NCBI GenBank assembly: GCA_002293535.1
Contig: DBDK01000008.1
Location: 311,654-375,653, forward strand
Direction of reading: 5' to 3'
From: Alistipes sp. UBA934
GTDB taxonomy: Bacteria > Bacteroidota > Bacteroidia > Bacteroidales > Rikenellaceae
DNA length: 64,000 nucleotides
The translations under genes and the position numbers were made by a program. The notes under the pieces are model-generated. The model did no database searches. It saw only the letters and a program-made list of their open reading frames with translations, and was not told the DNA's origin. Below are positions 47,526 through 55,565 of the stretch, piece by piece. Numbering within the stretch: the first letter of the stretch is position 1; every line of letters begins with the position of its first letter.

Positions 47526-48824
47526 ATGATTTTTTTCAGTCAAGGAGCCCCTGAGCGGGCATTCACGGGAGAGGAGCTTCGTGAGGCAGTTTTTGCCTCG
47601 CTCGAAAAGTTGGGGTCGCGCCGAAAAGTTTTGGTTATTCCGCCCGACTTCACGCGGCTATTTTCACGTGCCGGTGAGATAACTCGCTACATATATGACT
47701 TTTATGGCGACGCTATAACGGATATTTTACCCGCCCTCGGCACCCATTTTGCGATGACCCCTGAGGAGATCGAGCGGATGTTCCCTGGCGTGCCCTCTAC
47801 ACTTTTTCGCGTTCACGACTGGCGCAAAGACGTTGTCACTCTGGGAGTTATCCCTGCTGAGATTGTCGGCCAAATTACCGGCGGCGTGGTCGATTATCCT
47901 TGGCCCGCGCAGGTCAATCGCCTGCTCGTGGAGGGTGGTCACGACCTTATTCTCTCTGTGGGCCAAGTGGTTCCGCACGAAGTACTGGGGATGGCCAACT
48001 ACAATAAGAATATTTTCATAGGCACGGGGGGCGCCGAAGGAATCAACCGTAGCCATTTTATCGGCGCGGCTTATGGTATGGAGCGTGTGATGGGTGTTGC
48101 ACAAAACCCTGTACGACAGGTGCTTAACTACGCCTCCGAACATTTTGCCGCCCATCTGCCGATCGTTTATATGCAGACCGTGGTGGGACGTGCAAATGCC
48201 TCAGAGCGAGCGCAAGGCACTGATGGGCTACAACTTCGTGGATTTTTCGCGGGTGACGACTCCGAGTGCTTCGAGCGGGCGGCTGAACTCTCGCTGAAAG
48301 TCAATTTTCAGACGGTGGAACGTCCTCTGACGAAGGTAGTCGTGTGGCTCGATCCGGAAGAATTCCGCTCCACCTGGCTTGGCAACAAGAGCATCTACCG
48401 CACACGGATGGCTATTGCGGATGGAGGCGAGCTGTTGGTGCTGGCACCGGGGTTGAAGCAGTTCGGTGAAGATGCCGATAATGACCTACTTATACGCAAA
48501 TACGGCTACCGAACGACGCCAGAAGTGATGGAACTCGTGAAAACTCCAGGCAATGAACTTGCCGACAATCTGGGAGTTGCAGCACACCTGATCCACGGAA
48601 CCTCGGAGGGTCGTTTCCGGATAGTTTATGCTCCGGGCCACCTTACGCGCCAAGAGATAGAAAGTGTGGGCTTCGAGTGGGCCGATCTCGACGAAATGAT
48701 GCAACGTTATAATCCACACCAACTTAGCGACGGTTGGAATACCATAGCAGGCAACGACGATGGTGCCCTCGACGAGGAGATCTTTTTCATCTCCAATCCC
48801 GCGATAGGCTTATGGAAGAATTAA
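47526..48824 (+). CDS. Lactate racemase (LarA)-like / DUF2088 domain protein
   Basis: 432 aa. VLVIPPDFTRLFSRAG and ILPALGTHFAMTPEE resemble the DUF2088 N-terminal domain. This call is moderately uncertain. Confidence 0.6.
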   Translation: MIFFSQGAPERAFTGEELREAVFASLEKLGSRRKVLVIPPDFTRLFSRAGEITRYIYDFYGDAITDILPALGTHFAMTPEEIERMFPGVPSTLFRVHDWRKDVVTLGVIPAEIVGQITGGVVDYPWPAQVNRLLVEGGHDLILSVGQVVPHEVLGMANYNKNIFIGTGGAEGINRSHFIGAAYGMERVMGVAQNPVRQVLNYASEHFAAHLPIVYMQTVVGRANASERAQGTDGLQLRGFFAGDDSECFERAAELSLKVNFQTVERPLTKVVVWLDPEEFRSTWLGNKSIYRTRMAIADGGELLVLAPGLKQFGEDADNDLLIRKYGYRTTPEVMELVKTPGNELADNLGVAAHLIHGTSEGRFRIVYAPGHLTRQEIESVGFEWADLDEMMQRYNPHQLSDGWNTIAGNDDGALDEEIFFISNPAIGLWKN

Positions 48825-48948
48825 CCGAGCGCAACAGCGCAAGCTCAATGACTCAAGTCCGCTGGTCAGACGCAGGTTGCCGCGGAAAATCTGAAGGAAT
48901 TAAAAAATTTAACTTTAGCAATAACTAAAAATTTAAATAATTTAACTT

Positions 48949-50427
48949 ATGAAAGCAGACATCGGCCTGATAGGGCTGGCGGTTATGGGCGAAAATCTCG
49001 TCCTGAATATGGAGAGCAAGGGTTTTCGTGTCGCCGTGTTTAACCGAACCACCTCCAAGGTGAAAACCTTCGTCGAAGGACGCGGAAAACTTAAAAAATT
49101 TAACCCGGCATACTCACTGGAGGAGCTCGTGGCCAATTTGGAGCGCCCACGAAAGGTGATGATGCTGGTGAAGGCGGGCTCGGCAGTAGATGATTTCATC
49201 GAACAACTCATCCCGTTGCTCGAACCGGGCGACGTGATCATCGACGGAGGAAACACCCACTTCCCGGATACCATCAGGCGTACGAAATACGTTGAGAGTA
49301 AGGGACTTCTATACATAGGCACGGGTGTTTCGGGCGGCGAAGAGGGAGCTCTGCTGGGCCCTTCGATGATGCCCGGAGGATCACCCGAAGCGTGGCCTCT
49401 GGTGAAACCTATTTTTCAGAGTATCAGCGCGAAAGTCGATGGGCAGCCCTGTTGCGACTGGGTTGGTTCGGATGGTGCAGGCCACTTCGTGAAGATGGTG
49501 CACAATGGCATCGAATATGGCGATATGCAGCTGATCTGTGAGGCCTATCAGATTATGCGCGACGGGCTGGGAATGACGGCGGGCGAGATGTCGGAGGTTT
49601 TCGGCGAGTGGAATCGCGGCGAACTGGACAGCTATCTCATTGAAATTACGAGAGATATACTCGCCTACAAGGACGCCGAGGGACAGTATGTTGTCGATCA
49701 TATTCTCGACGCGGCGGGTCAAAAGGGCACGGGCAAATGGACCGGTGTTTCGGCGCTGGAACTCGGTGTGCCTCTGACACTTATCGCCGAAGCTGTCTTC
49801 GCACGCTGCCTGTCGTCACAAAAAGATGAACGGGTTCTGGCAAGCCAAAGATTTACGGGGCCGGAGAACGCAGGGACTGGCTCGGCGGGCTCTGGGACGA
49901 GGGGTTTTGTGGGCGACCGTAAGGCGTTTTTGGATGACCTGCGACAAGCTCTATATGCCTCGAAGATAGTCTCTTACGCGCAAGGATATCTGCTGATGCG
50001 TGAGGCTGCCAAAGAGTATGGCTGGGCGCTGGATTACGGCTCGATAGCACTGATGTGGCGCGGGGGTTGCATAATCCGTTCGGCATTTTTGAGCAAGATC
50101 AAGGAGGCTTTCGAGCGCAACGGAGAACTAAGTAACTTGCTGATGGACAACTTCTTTGCCGAAAAAGTACAGGCCTCGCAAGCGGCGTGGCGCAGGGTTT
50201 TGGTGGCTGCAATGGAGGGCGGAATTCCGGTGCCGTCGATGGCCGCAGCACTGACATATTTCGATGGCTACAGATGCAAAAGCCTGCCAGCCAACCTGTT
50301 ACAAGCCCAAAGAGACTACTTCGGCGCCCACACCTACGAGCGCACGGACAGGCCAAGGGGCGAATTTTTCCACACCAACTGGACAGGACGCGGCGGCGAT
50401 ACAGCCTCCTCGGCATATAACGTATAG
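48949..50427 (+). CDS. gnd: NADP-dependent 6-phosphogluconate dehydrogenase (decarboxylating)
   Basis: 492 aa with the motifs [21 protein letters not shown] and [16 protein letters not shown]. Confidence 0.97.
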   Translation: MKADIGLIGLAVMGENLVLNMESKGFRVAVFNRTTSKVKTFVEGRGKLKKFNPAYSLEELVANLERPRKVMMLVKAGSAVDDFIEQLIPLLEPGDVIIDGGNTHFPDTIRRTKYVESKGLLYIGTGVSGGEEGALLGPSMMPGGSPEAWPLVKPIFQSISAKVDGQPCCDWVGSDGAGHFVKMVHNGIEYGDMQLICEAYQIMRDGLGMTAGEMSEVFGEWNRGELDSYLIEITRDILAYKDAEGQYVVDHILDAAGQKGTGKWTGVSALELGVPLTLIAEAVFARCLSSQKDERVLASQRFTGPENAGTGSAGSGTRGFVGDRKAFLDDLRQALYASKIVSYAQGYLLMREAAKEYGWALDYGSIALMWRGGCIIRSAFLSKIKEAFERNGELSNLLMDNFFAEKVQASQAAWRRVLVAAMEGGIPVPSMAAALTYFDGYRCKSLPANLLQAQRDYFGAHTYERTDRPRGEFFHTNWTGRGGDTASSAYNV

Positions 50428-50431
50428 TGCT

Positions 50432-51262
50432 ATGAATGAATTATTTAGTGTGGCCGGAAAGGTCGTAGTGATCACTGGCGGCACGGGAGTTTTGGGCATT
50501 GGGATGGTGCGCCATTTTGCCACCGAAGGAGCGCGCGTGGTCGTATTGGGACGGAATGTGGAAAAGGCTCAGGCGCTGGTCGATGAGGTTACGGCGGCGG
50601 GCGGTGGGCGCAATGGAGGCGACAACGCAATGGCCTTGCACTGTGATGTAACTGACACAGAGAATGTTAAAGCAAGCTATAATGCCGTGATGGAGCGATA
50701 CGGACGGGTCGATGTGCTGATAAACGGTGCGGGAGGAAACGTGGCCGGAGCGACGATCGCGCCCGACAAGACAATATTCGATCTCGATCAGGCGGCGATG
50801 CGCGCGGTGGTGGATCTGAATTTCTTCGGAACCCTCATACCCACAATGATTTACGCGCGCGCAATGGCCGAGCAAAAAGAGGGTTCGATAATCAACGTGG
50901 CCAGCGAATCGGCCCTGAGACCCCTCACGAGAGTGGCAGGTTACGGGGCCGCAAAGGCGGCGGTGGTCAATCTAACCAAGTATCTGTGCGGCGAACTGGC
51001 GACTAAATTCGGGCCGAGACTGAGGGTGAACGCGATCGCGCCGGGGTTCTTCCTCACAGAGCAAAATCGAACACTACTGACCAACCCAGACGGCAGCTTA
51101 ACACCTCGTGCTGAGACGATTATAGCCCACACGCCGTTCGGACGATTCGGCGAACCGGAAGAAATTCTGGGGACATTACAGTGGCTGGCCAGCGACGCCT
51201 CCAAGTTCGTTTCGGGCACACTGACGGTGATCGACGGCGGGTTCGACGCTTTTTCCATCTGA
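50432..51262 (+). CDS. SDR-family oxidoreductase
   Basis: The start is at MNELFSVAGKVVVITGGTGVLG. The catalytic motif is YGAAKAA (YxxxK). The ORF-track extension from 50264 overlaps gnd. Confidence 0.9.
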   Translation: MNELFSVAGKVVVITGGTGVLGIGMVRHFATEGARVVVLGRNVEKAQALVDEVTAAGGGRNGGDNAMALHCDVTDTENVKASYNAVMERYGRVDVLINGAGGNVAGATIAPDKTIFDLDQAAMRAVVDLNFFGTLIPTMIYARAMAEQKEGSIINVASESALRPLTRVAGYGAAKAAVVNLTKYLCGELATKFGPRLRVNAIAPGFFLTEQNRTLLTNPDGSLTPRAETIIAHTPFGRFGEPEEILGTLQWLASDASKFVSGTLTVIDGGFDAFSI

Positions 51263-51290
51263 GCCGAGTTGGATATTTGAAAAAAGTGTG

Positions 51291-51298
51291 TATATTTG
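51291..51298 (+). promoter_or_regulatory. -7 box TATATTTG upstream of tRNA-Leu
   Basis: Matches TAnnTTTG and lies about 29 nt upstream of the tRNA 5' end. Confidence 0.45.
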
Positions 51299-51326
51299 CA
51301 GTCCGAAAATCTTTTCGGGAGTCTAT

Positions 51327-51410
51327 GCCCAGGTGGTGGAATTGGTAGACACGCTACTTTGAGGGGGTAGTGCCGGTTACGGTGTGTGAGTTCAAATCTC
51401 GTCCTGGGTA
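51327..51410 (+). tRNA. tRNA-Leu (anticodon GAG)
   Basis: GCCCAGG pairs with CCTGGGT as the acceptor stem. The anticodon stem is CTACT/GGTAG with loop TTGAGGG (anticodon GAG). There is a long variable arm (TGCCGGTTACGGTGT) and the T-loop TTCAAAT. CCA is not encoded. Confidence 0.9.
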
Positions 51411-51411
51411 C
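51396..51411 (+). repeat. attL core (16-bp direct repeat, part of the tRNA 3' end)
   Basis: The sequence is identical to 57142-57157. Confidence 0.85.
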
Positions 51412-51419
51412 AGTGAAAG

Positions 51420-51448
51420 TGGCTTGCAAGCGATTGCGGGCCATTTTT
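51420..51448 (+). terminator. Rho-independent terminator supplied by the islet immediately after the tRNA
   Basis: tggcttgca (51420-51428) pairs with tgcgggcca (51435-51443); the 9-bp stem includes two G-U pairs and the loop is agcgat. It is followed by ttttt (51444-51448). Confidence 0.6.
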
Positions 51449-51458
51449 CATTTCTGCC

Positions 51459-51489
51459 GTGTCCGCACGGTGTCCGCATTTTTGGAAAA
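51459..51489 (+). repeat. 31-bp repeat, copy 1 (gtgtccgcacggtgtccgcatttttggaaaa), itself a GTGTCCGCA doublet
   Basis: 29 of 31 positions are identical to 56997-57027, in the same orientation. Confidence 0.85.
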
Positions 51490-51621
51490 GATAAAAATCG
51501 CATAAAAAATATTTGCGCGGGAGAGGAAATTACTCGCATAAGTTAATCTCCGGCAAGAACACACATCCACCATTACATACGCTTCTGTAAGAGCAATGAC
51601 ATTGACTATTCCGTGTTTTTT

Positions 51622-51846
51622 CTATGTGCTGAATGAAGTATGGATTATTATGCCATATCTCCTGGATTGAGCTATTAAATTACCAGAGGAAGGCGTATTT
51701 GCCATAAATGAGCAAGGATACATCTTCATATCCTCGGAGATAAACGCGCTAAATCTTGCTGCCTCACAAGATTCATACAAAAATGGCTTTGTGTTTAGGT
51801 TTTTCACTATCCCAGAAATGCTACAACTATCAAACCCTATCTTTAC
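51622..51846 (-). pseudogene. Remnant resembling the C-terminal SPASM/twitch segment of a radical SAM enzyme
   Basis: A 74-codon open frame reads VKIGFDSCSISGIVKNLNTKPFLYESCEAARFSAFISEDMKMYPCSF..., matching the Cx..A...x.I..dG.v.PC pattern. It is closed by a stop immediately upstream, and no radical-SAM core is present. Confidence 0.35.
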
Positions 51847-51916
51847 CTAAAAAGTTAGGAAAATTCCACGATAAACTCACTCTGTCGCTATATTGGGATT
51901 TTTCATAAGATTTTGT

Positions 51917-51924
51917 TATTTTTG
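51917..51924 (+). promoter_or_regulatory. -7 box TATTTTTG upstream of the three-gene cassette
   Basis: Matches TAnnTTTG and lies 65 nt upstream of the ATG at 51989. Confidence 0.4.
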
Positions 51925-51988
51925 TAAAGACTGTCTTTGCCAGCATCTTGGCTAAAAAGAAAGTTATTGAACTAAGATAGATAAGAGT

Positions 51989-52468
51989 ATGGTGCAAGTA
52001 GATAGCATCGCTAATTATGTAAGTGAGAATTTGTCCAGCACAAACGAAATGGCAGAGTCCATAATTCCAATATCCGACAAGATTACTCCCCTATTATGGC
52101 TACTGATAGCCAATATTGTAATTATCATTGCAAAATTTGTTACGGACAGTCGATTAAAGAAAAAAGATGTAAATGTTCACAGAAAAGGGTTGATAAATGA
52201 GTTCATAATAAACATCGAAAAGGAATTGTTTTATAGATTGGAAACATTATCTCGATTTGATGCCGATCAAACGGACGAGTTATTAGTTGAAATTTTAAAC
52301 ATCGAAACTTATTGTAGAATAAATAGAATTTTTTTACGAAAGAACGTCAGCAATGTAGCTATTAAAATATTGGACTACTACAAGGCTGTCTCTTCCAATT
52401 ATGCAAAAAAGGATATTAAGAAAGAAAATGAACTAATGGCTAAATACTCAGACAAGTTTTATGAATAA
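51989..52468 (+). CDS. Small membrane-anchored hypothetical protein (cassette gene A)
   Basis: 159 aa with a single hydrophobic helix (ITPLLWLLIANIVIIIAKFV) and no recognisable domain. It overlaps gene B by 8 nt (ATGAATAA). It is very AT-rich. Confidence 0.7.
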   Translation: MVQVDSIANYVSENLSSTNEMAESIIPISDKITPLLWLLIANIVIIIAKFVTDSRLKKKDVNVHRKGLINEFIINIEKELFYRLETLSRFDADQTDELLVEILNIETYCRINRIFLRKNVSNVAIKILDYYKAVSSNYAKKDIKKENELMAKYSDKFYE

Positions 52469-53408
52469 CCAATCTAATAAAATTACATTTCCCAGTCACA
52501 TAACAACAAATTCAATTTTGTCGTTAATACGGGCAATGAGTTTTGTTTTCAAGCTGAAGGATAGGATGGCGGCGAATTATGTTGTAGACATTTCTAACGT
52601 TAAAGAGATAAATATGTTAGGAGTGCTATTATTATGTAAATTTCTTGAATTTTCTATTTCACATAGATGCTTTTCGGAACCCCAATTAGGAATAAATGAT
52701 ATTGTTAAGGAGGCTATTGCAAAATATGGTTGTTTGTCCTTAGTACAATCCTTTATGAATCCCAAAGGAGACAATAGAAAAGAACTTGAATCGCTAAAGA
52801 CAAAAATACAAGACAATTTTATCATTGCCCCTAAGGCCCTATTACGGAATGATAGTTACTCTAAAGAATCACTCAACACAGATTATTTACCTGCAATTAA
52901 TGATTATTATAGTAATACTATTAAGGCGAGTGATATGATCTTACAGGTATTTTCAGAAATATTGTTGAATTTTTGGGAGCACGCAGTGGATGACACCCGT
53001 TCAATAATTATCGCTCACGGGACAAAAACAAATATCGAAATAGCCTGTATAGATACTGGGAATGGAATAAAGACCACACTTAGTGAAAACGTTAAGTTAA
53101 AAAAGAGTGAAAAATCAGACATCCTATTGTCCAAAGCTGTCCAAAAGGGCGTAACATCAAAAACGAATACAGATCATATGGGTTTTGGTCTATGGATTGT
53201 AGATGAGATAGTATCAAAGGTAGGAGGAAGATTGCGCCTTATTTCGGAAAGTTCTGCATATATAAATGATTCCGGAAAAAAGACTACCACAGGTTGCGAT
53301 TATTGGGGCGGTACTATAATTTATGTATATTTGCCATTAGAGAATCCTGTCACAATAGCTGATATTGAAAAAGGGAAGCAATTAAACGCAAAAATTTGTT
53401 GGATATGA
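52461..53408 (+). CDS. STAS-like N-terminal domain fused to a GHKL (HATPase_c) ATPase/kinase-like domain (cassette gene B)
   Basis: 315 aa. The N-terminal part (VVDISNVKEINMLGVLLLCKFLEF) is STAS-like. The Bergerat-fold motifs are the N-box EILLNFWEHA, G1 IDTGNGI and G2 MGFGLWIV. Confidence 0.75.
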   Translation: MNNQSNKITFPSHITTNSILSLIRAMSFVFKLKDRMAANYVVDISNVKEINMLGVLLLCKFLEFSISHRCFSEPQLGINDIVKEAIAKYGCLSLVQSFMNPKGDNRKELESLKTKIQDNFIIAPKALLRNDSYSKESLNTDYLPAINDYYSNTIKASDMILQVFSEILLNFWEHAVDDTRSIIIAHGTKTNIEIACIDTGNGIKTTLSENVKLKKSEKSDILLSKAVQKGVTSKTNTDHMGFGLWIVDEIVSKVGGRLRLISESSAYINDSGKKTTTGCDYWGGTIIYVYLPLENPVTIADIEKGKQLNAKICWI

Positions 53409-53704
53409 GAACAATAGAATTGAAAAAATATGCTCCGATAATAAGTGATAAGGAAATAGGAGCAGAAATCTTAGGGGAGATTAAAACGGTCCTCAATAGC
53501 GACAATGGTGTGATTATCGATATGCAGGATATTCGCTCTATGGCTACGTTTTGCGCGAAGCAAATCTTTGGTGCTCTATATGTAGAGATGGGTTCTGAGG
53601 ATTTTTTTAATAAAATACGTATAAAGTCCGCAACGGATGATGTTAAATACATCATCAATCTTGGAATAGAAAAAGCATTGGAAGACAATTCATTCCATCT
53701 CTAA
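53405..53704 (+). CDS. DUF4325-type STAS-like protein (cassette gene C)
   Basis: The ATG at 53405 overlaps the stop of gene B (ATGA). The protein is 99 aa, and NGVIIDMQDIRSMATFCAKQIFGALY resembles DUF4325. Confidence 0.7.
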   Translation: MRTIELKKYAPIISDKEIGAEILGEIKTVLNSDNGVIIDMQDIRSMATFCAKQIFGALYVEMGSEDFFNKIRIKSATDDVKYIINLGIEKALEDNSFHL

Positions 53705-53878
53705 ATCGTCCTCTTCGATGGCAATGACGTTTGCGAGATTCTGAACATCAGCAAACGCACTCTGCAAACCTATCGCGACAGTGGACGGCTGTCGTTTTCG
53801 AACATCGGCAACAAGATTTATTATAAGCCGACGGATGTGCAGAAAATTGTCGAAAGAGGGGAGGTGAGCGATGTATAG
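53705..53878 (+). pseudogene. 5'-truncated HTH_17/excisionase-like gene remnant
   Basis: It reads IVLFDGNDVCEILNISKRTLQTYRDSGRLSFSNIGNKIYYKPTDVQKIVERGEVSDV*. The first codon follows the gene C stop codon directly, and there is no in-frame ATG/GTG/TTG ahead of the HTH. Confidence 0.6.
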
Positions 53879-54137
53879 CAGCTACGACGTAATCACGATG
53901 GACAGTCCCGAAACGAAGAAATTCTTCGAGATGCTCGATAGGTTGTTCAAGCAAACAGAACAGCTGACCGATGTGGAACTATCTTTGCGTCTGAAAGCCA
54001 GCCGCCGAACCTTGCAGGAATGGCGCGATAAGGGTACGCTGTCGTTCTTCAAAATCGGTGGCAAAATCCTCTACCGCGAAAGCGATATCCAAAAACTCCT
54101 CAACAGAAATTACTTTAAGGCGTATAGAGATGTTTAG
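53871..54137 (+). CDS. Helix-turn-helix (excisionase/MerR-like HTH_17) protein
   Basis: 88 aa with the motif RRTLQEWRDKGTLSFFKIGGKILYRESDIQKLL. Confidence 0.8.
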   Translation: MYSSYDVITMDSPETKKFFEMLDRLFKQTEQLTDVELSLRLKASRRTLQEWRDKGTLSFFKIGGKILYRESDIQKLLNRNYFKAYRDV

Positions 54138-54186
54138 GCGAAAAACTCCCTATGTCGCCCGTCAATGGCATTGAAGGTGTCGGAAT

Positions 54187-55443
54187 TTACGACTCCAACA
54201 GCCACTTCCAGACGGGGATCACTTCAATAGTTTTACCTTCAACCTCCAACATCCGCTCGGTGTCGCGGGTTATGATCACGAGCCGACGGCATTCCAATAC
54301 ATCGGAAATTTTGGCCAGTGCCTTCATCTCGCGATCCAACGTTCCGTCGGCATTGTCAAGATTGTAGCACACCTGAATTGCGGTATAGTTATCGGGGATA
54401 TAGAAATCGACCTCGATATTGTGGTTGTAAAAATATACGGCATCCTCCCGCCCGTATTTACGCAACAGGGTTACGGCGACAAGATTTTCCAAAAGAGAGG
54501 TCTCACCACCCATCAAAAAGAGATTCAGAATGCCATTGTCCGTGTAATAGTATTTTTGCGAGCTCTCCTTGTCGACCAACTTACTCGCTATGTTTTGCAC
54601 GGGAGAAATGAGCCACGCATCTTTGGCGTACTCCATATAGTTAATCACCGTCTGTGTCCCGATCTTCGCGCCGGTCGATGATATGATGTTTGCTATTCGG
54701 GTAAACGATAAAGGTTGCTTTATGCTTTCGGCCAACTTTTTGAACATCACTCGCAGGGCGAAGGTGTTCTCTATATTGTTACGTGCAGCGATATCACCCA
54801 AGTAGATTTTTTGATAGGTGCTGGTCAGGTAGTCGCGCTTTACTGCAAGCGAGGCTCCTTCGGGGAATCCGCCGAAATAGAAGTAGTCATTGAATTTCCG
54901 CAGCACTTCGGCACGTCCCTCCGTGGAGATTAAATCCACGGGCGTGTCGTTCGCCGTCAAAAACTCTTTGAACGAATAAGGATAAACATCGGCGGTTATA
55001 TAGCGGCTACCGAGCGTAGTTTGAATCTCCTTGCTCAACATTTTTGCGTTGCTTCCCGTTATGTAAACCCTGTGCTTGGTGTCGGCCATCCGGCGGGCAA
55101 ACTTCTCCCAGCCGGTGATGTTCTGTATCTCGTCGAGAAAAAGCATAGGCTTCTTTCCATACATCTCCAAGTGCACCTCCAACAACAGGTTCAGATCTGC
55201 GGCGGTCATTCCGGTAAGGCGTTCGTCCTCAAAGTTTATGTATAGCATCTCGTCCCAACCGGTACCCCCTGCGAGAAGCTGCTGCATCCTTTGGTAGAGC
55301 AGAAACGACTTTCCGGCCCGCCTGATGCCGACAAAGACGTAATTGCCGAATTCCTCGAAAGTGAAGTCTCGGGGAACAACGTTGAACTTAGGAACTTCCG
55401 CCTGATTGTCTGCAATGACCGATTTTAAGATTTCTCTGTCCAT
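54187..55443 (-). CDS. AAA_14 ATPase with C-terminal DUF4143 domain
   Basis: The start is at MDREILKSVI (ATG 55441-55443). It has Walker A GIRRAGKS and Walker B MLFLDEIQ, followed by a DUF4143-like C-terminal half. Confidence 0.85.
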   Translation of the reverse strand: MDREILKSVIADNQAEVPKFNVVPRDFTFEEFGNYVFVGIRRAGKSFLLYQRMQQLLAGGTGWDEMLYINFEDERLTGMTAADLNLLLEVHLEMYGKKPMLFLDEIQNITGWEKFARRMADTKHRVYITGSNAKMLSKEIQTTLGSRYITADVYPYSFKEFLTANDTPVDLISTEGRAEVLRKFNDYFYFGGFPEGASLAVKRDYLTSTYQKIYLGDIAARNNIENTFALRVMFKKLAESIKQPLSFTRIANIISSTGAKIGTQTVINYMEYAKDAWLISPVQNIASKLVDKESSQKYYYTDNGILNLFLMGGETSLLENLVAVTLLRKYGREDAVYFYNHNIEVDFYIPDNYTAIQVCYNLDNADGTLDREMKALAKISDVLECRRLVIITRDTERMLEVEGKTIEVIPVWKWLLES

Positions 55444-55471
55444 AACCTCCCGTTTTATTTTATCGACAAAA

Positions 55472-55479
55472 CAAAGATA
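55472..55479 (-). promoter_or_regulatory. -7 box TATCTTTG upstream of the AAA_14 gene
   Basis: The reverse complement of caaagata. It lies 29 nt upstream of the ATG. Confidence 0.4.
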
Positions 55480-55565
55480 ATGCATTTTTGTTTTACCGAC
55501 AAAACAATATTGAATTATTTTTGTTTTGTAGGTAGAACATGCTTAATAGAGTCACATAGATATGC

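Noticed and set aside
51354-51539. 61-aa minus-strand ORF.
   Set aside because: It overlaps the tRNA-Leu gene, its terminator and the 31-bp repeat. The similar peptide at the 5' end of the 55566..57056 ORF is simply the translated repeat.
53748-53954. 68-aa minus-strand ORF.
   Set aside because: It is antisense to the two HTH reading frames, which show clear excisionase-type motifs.
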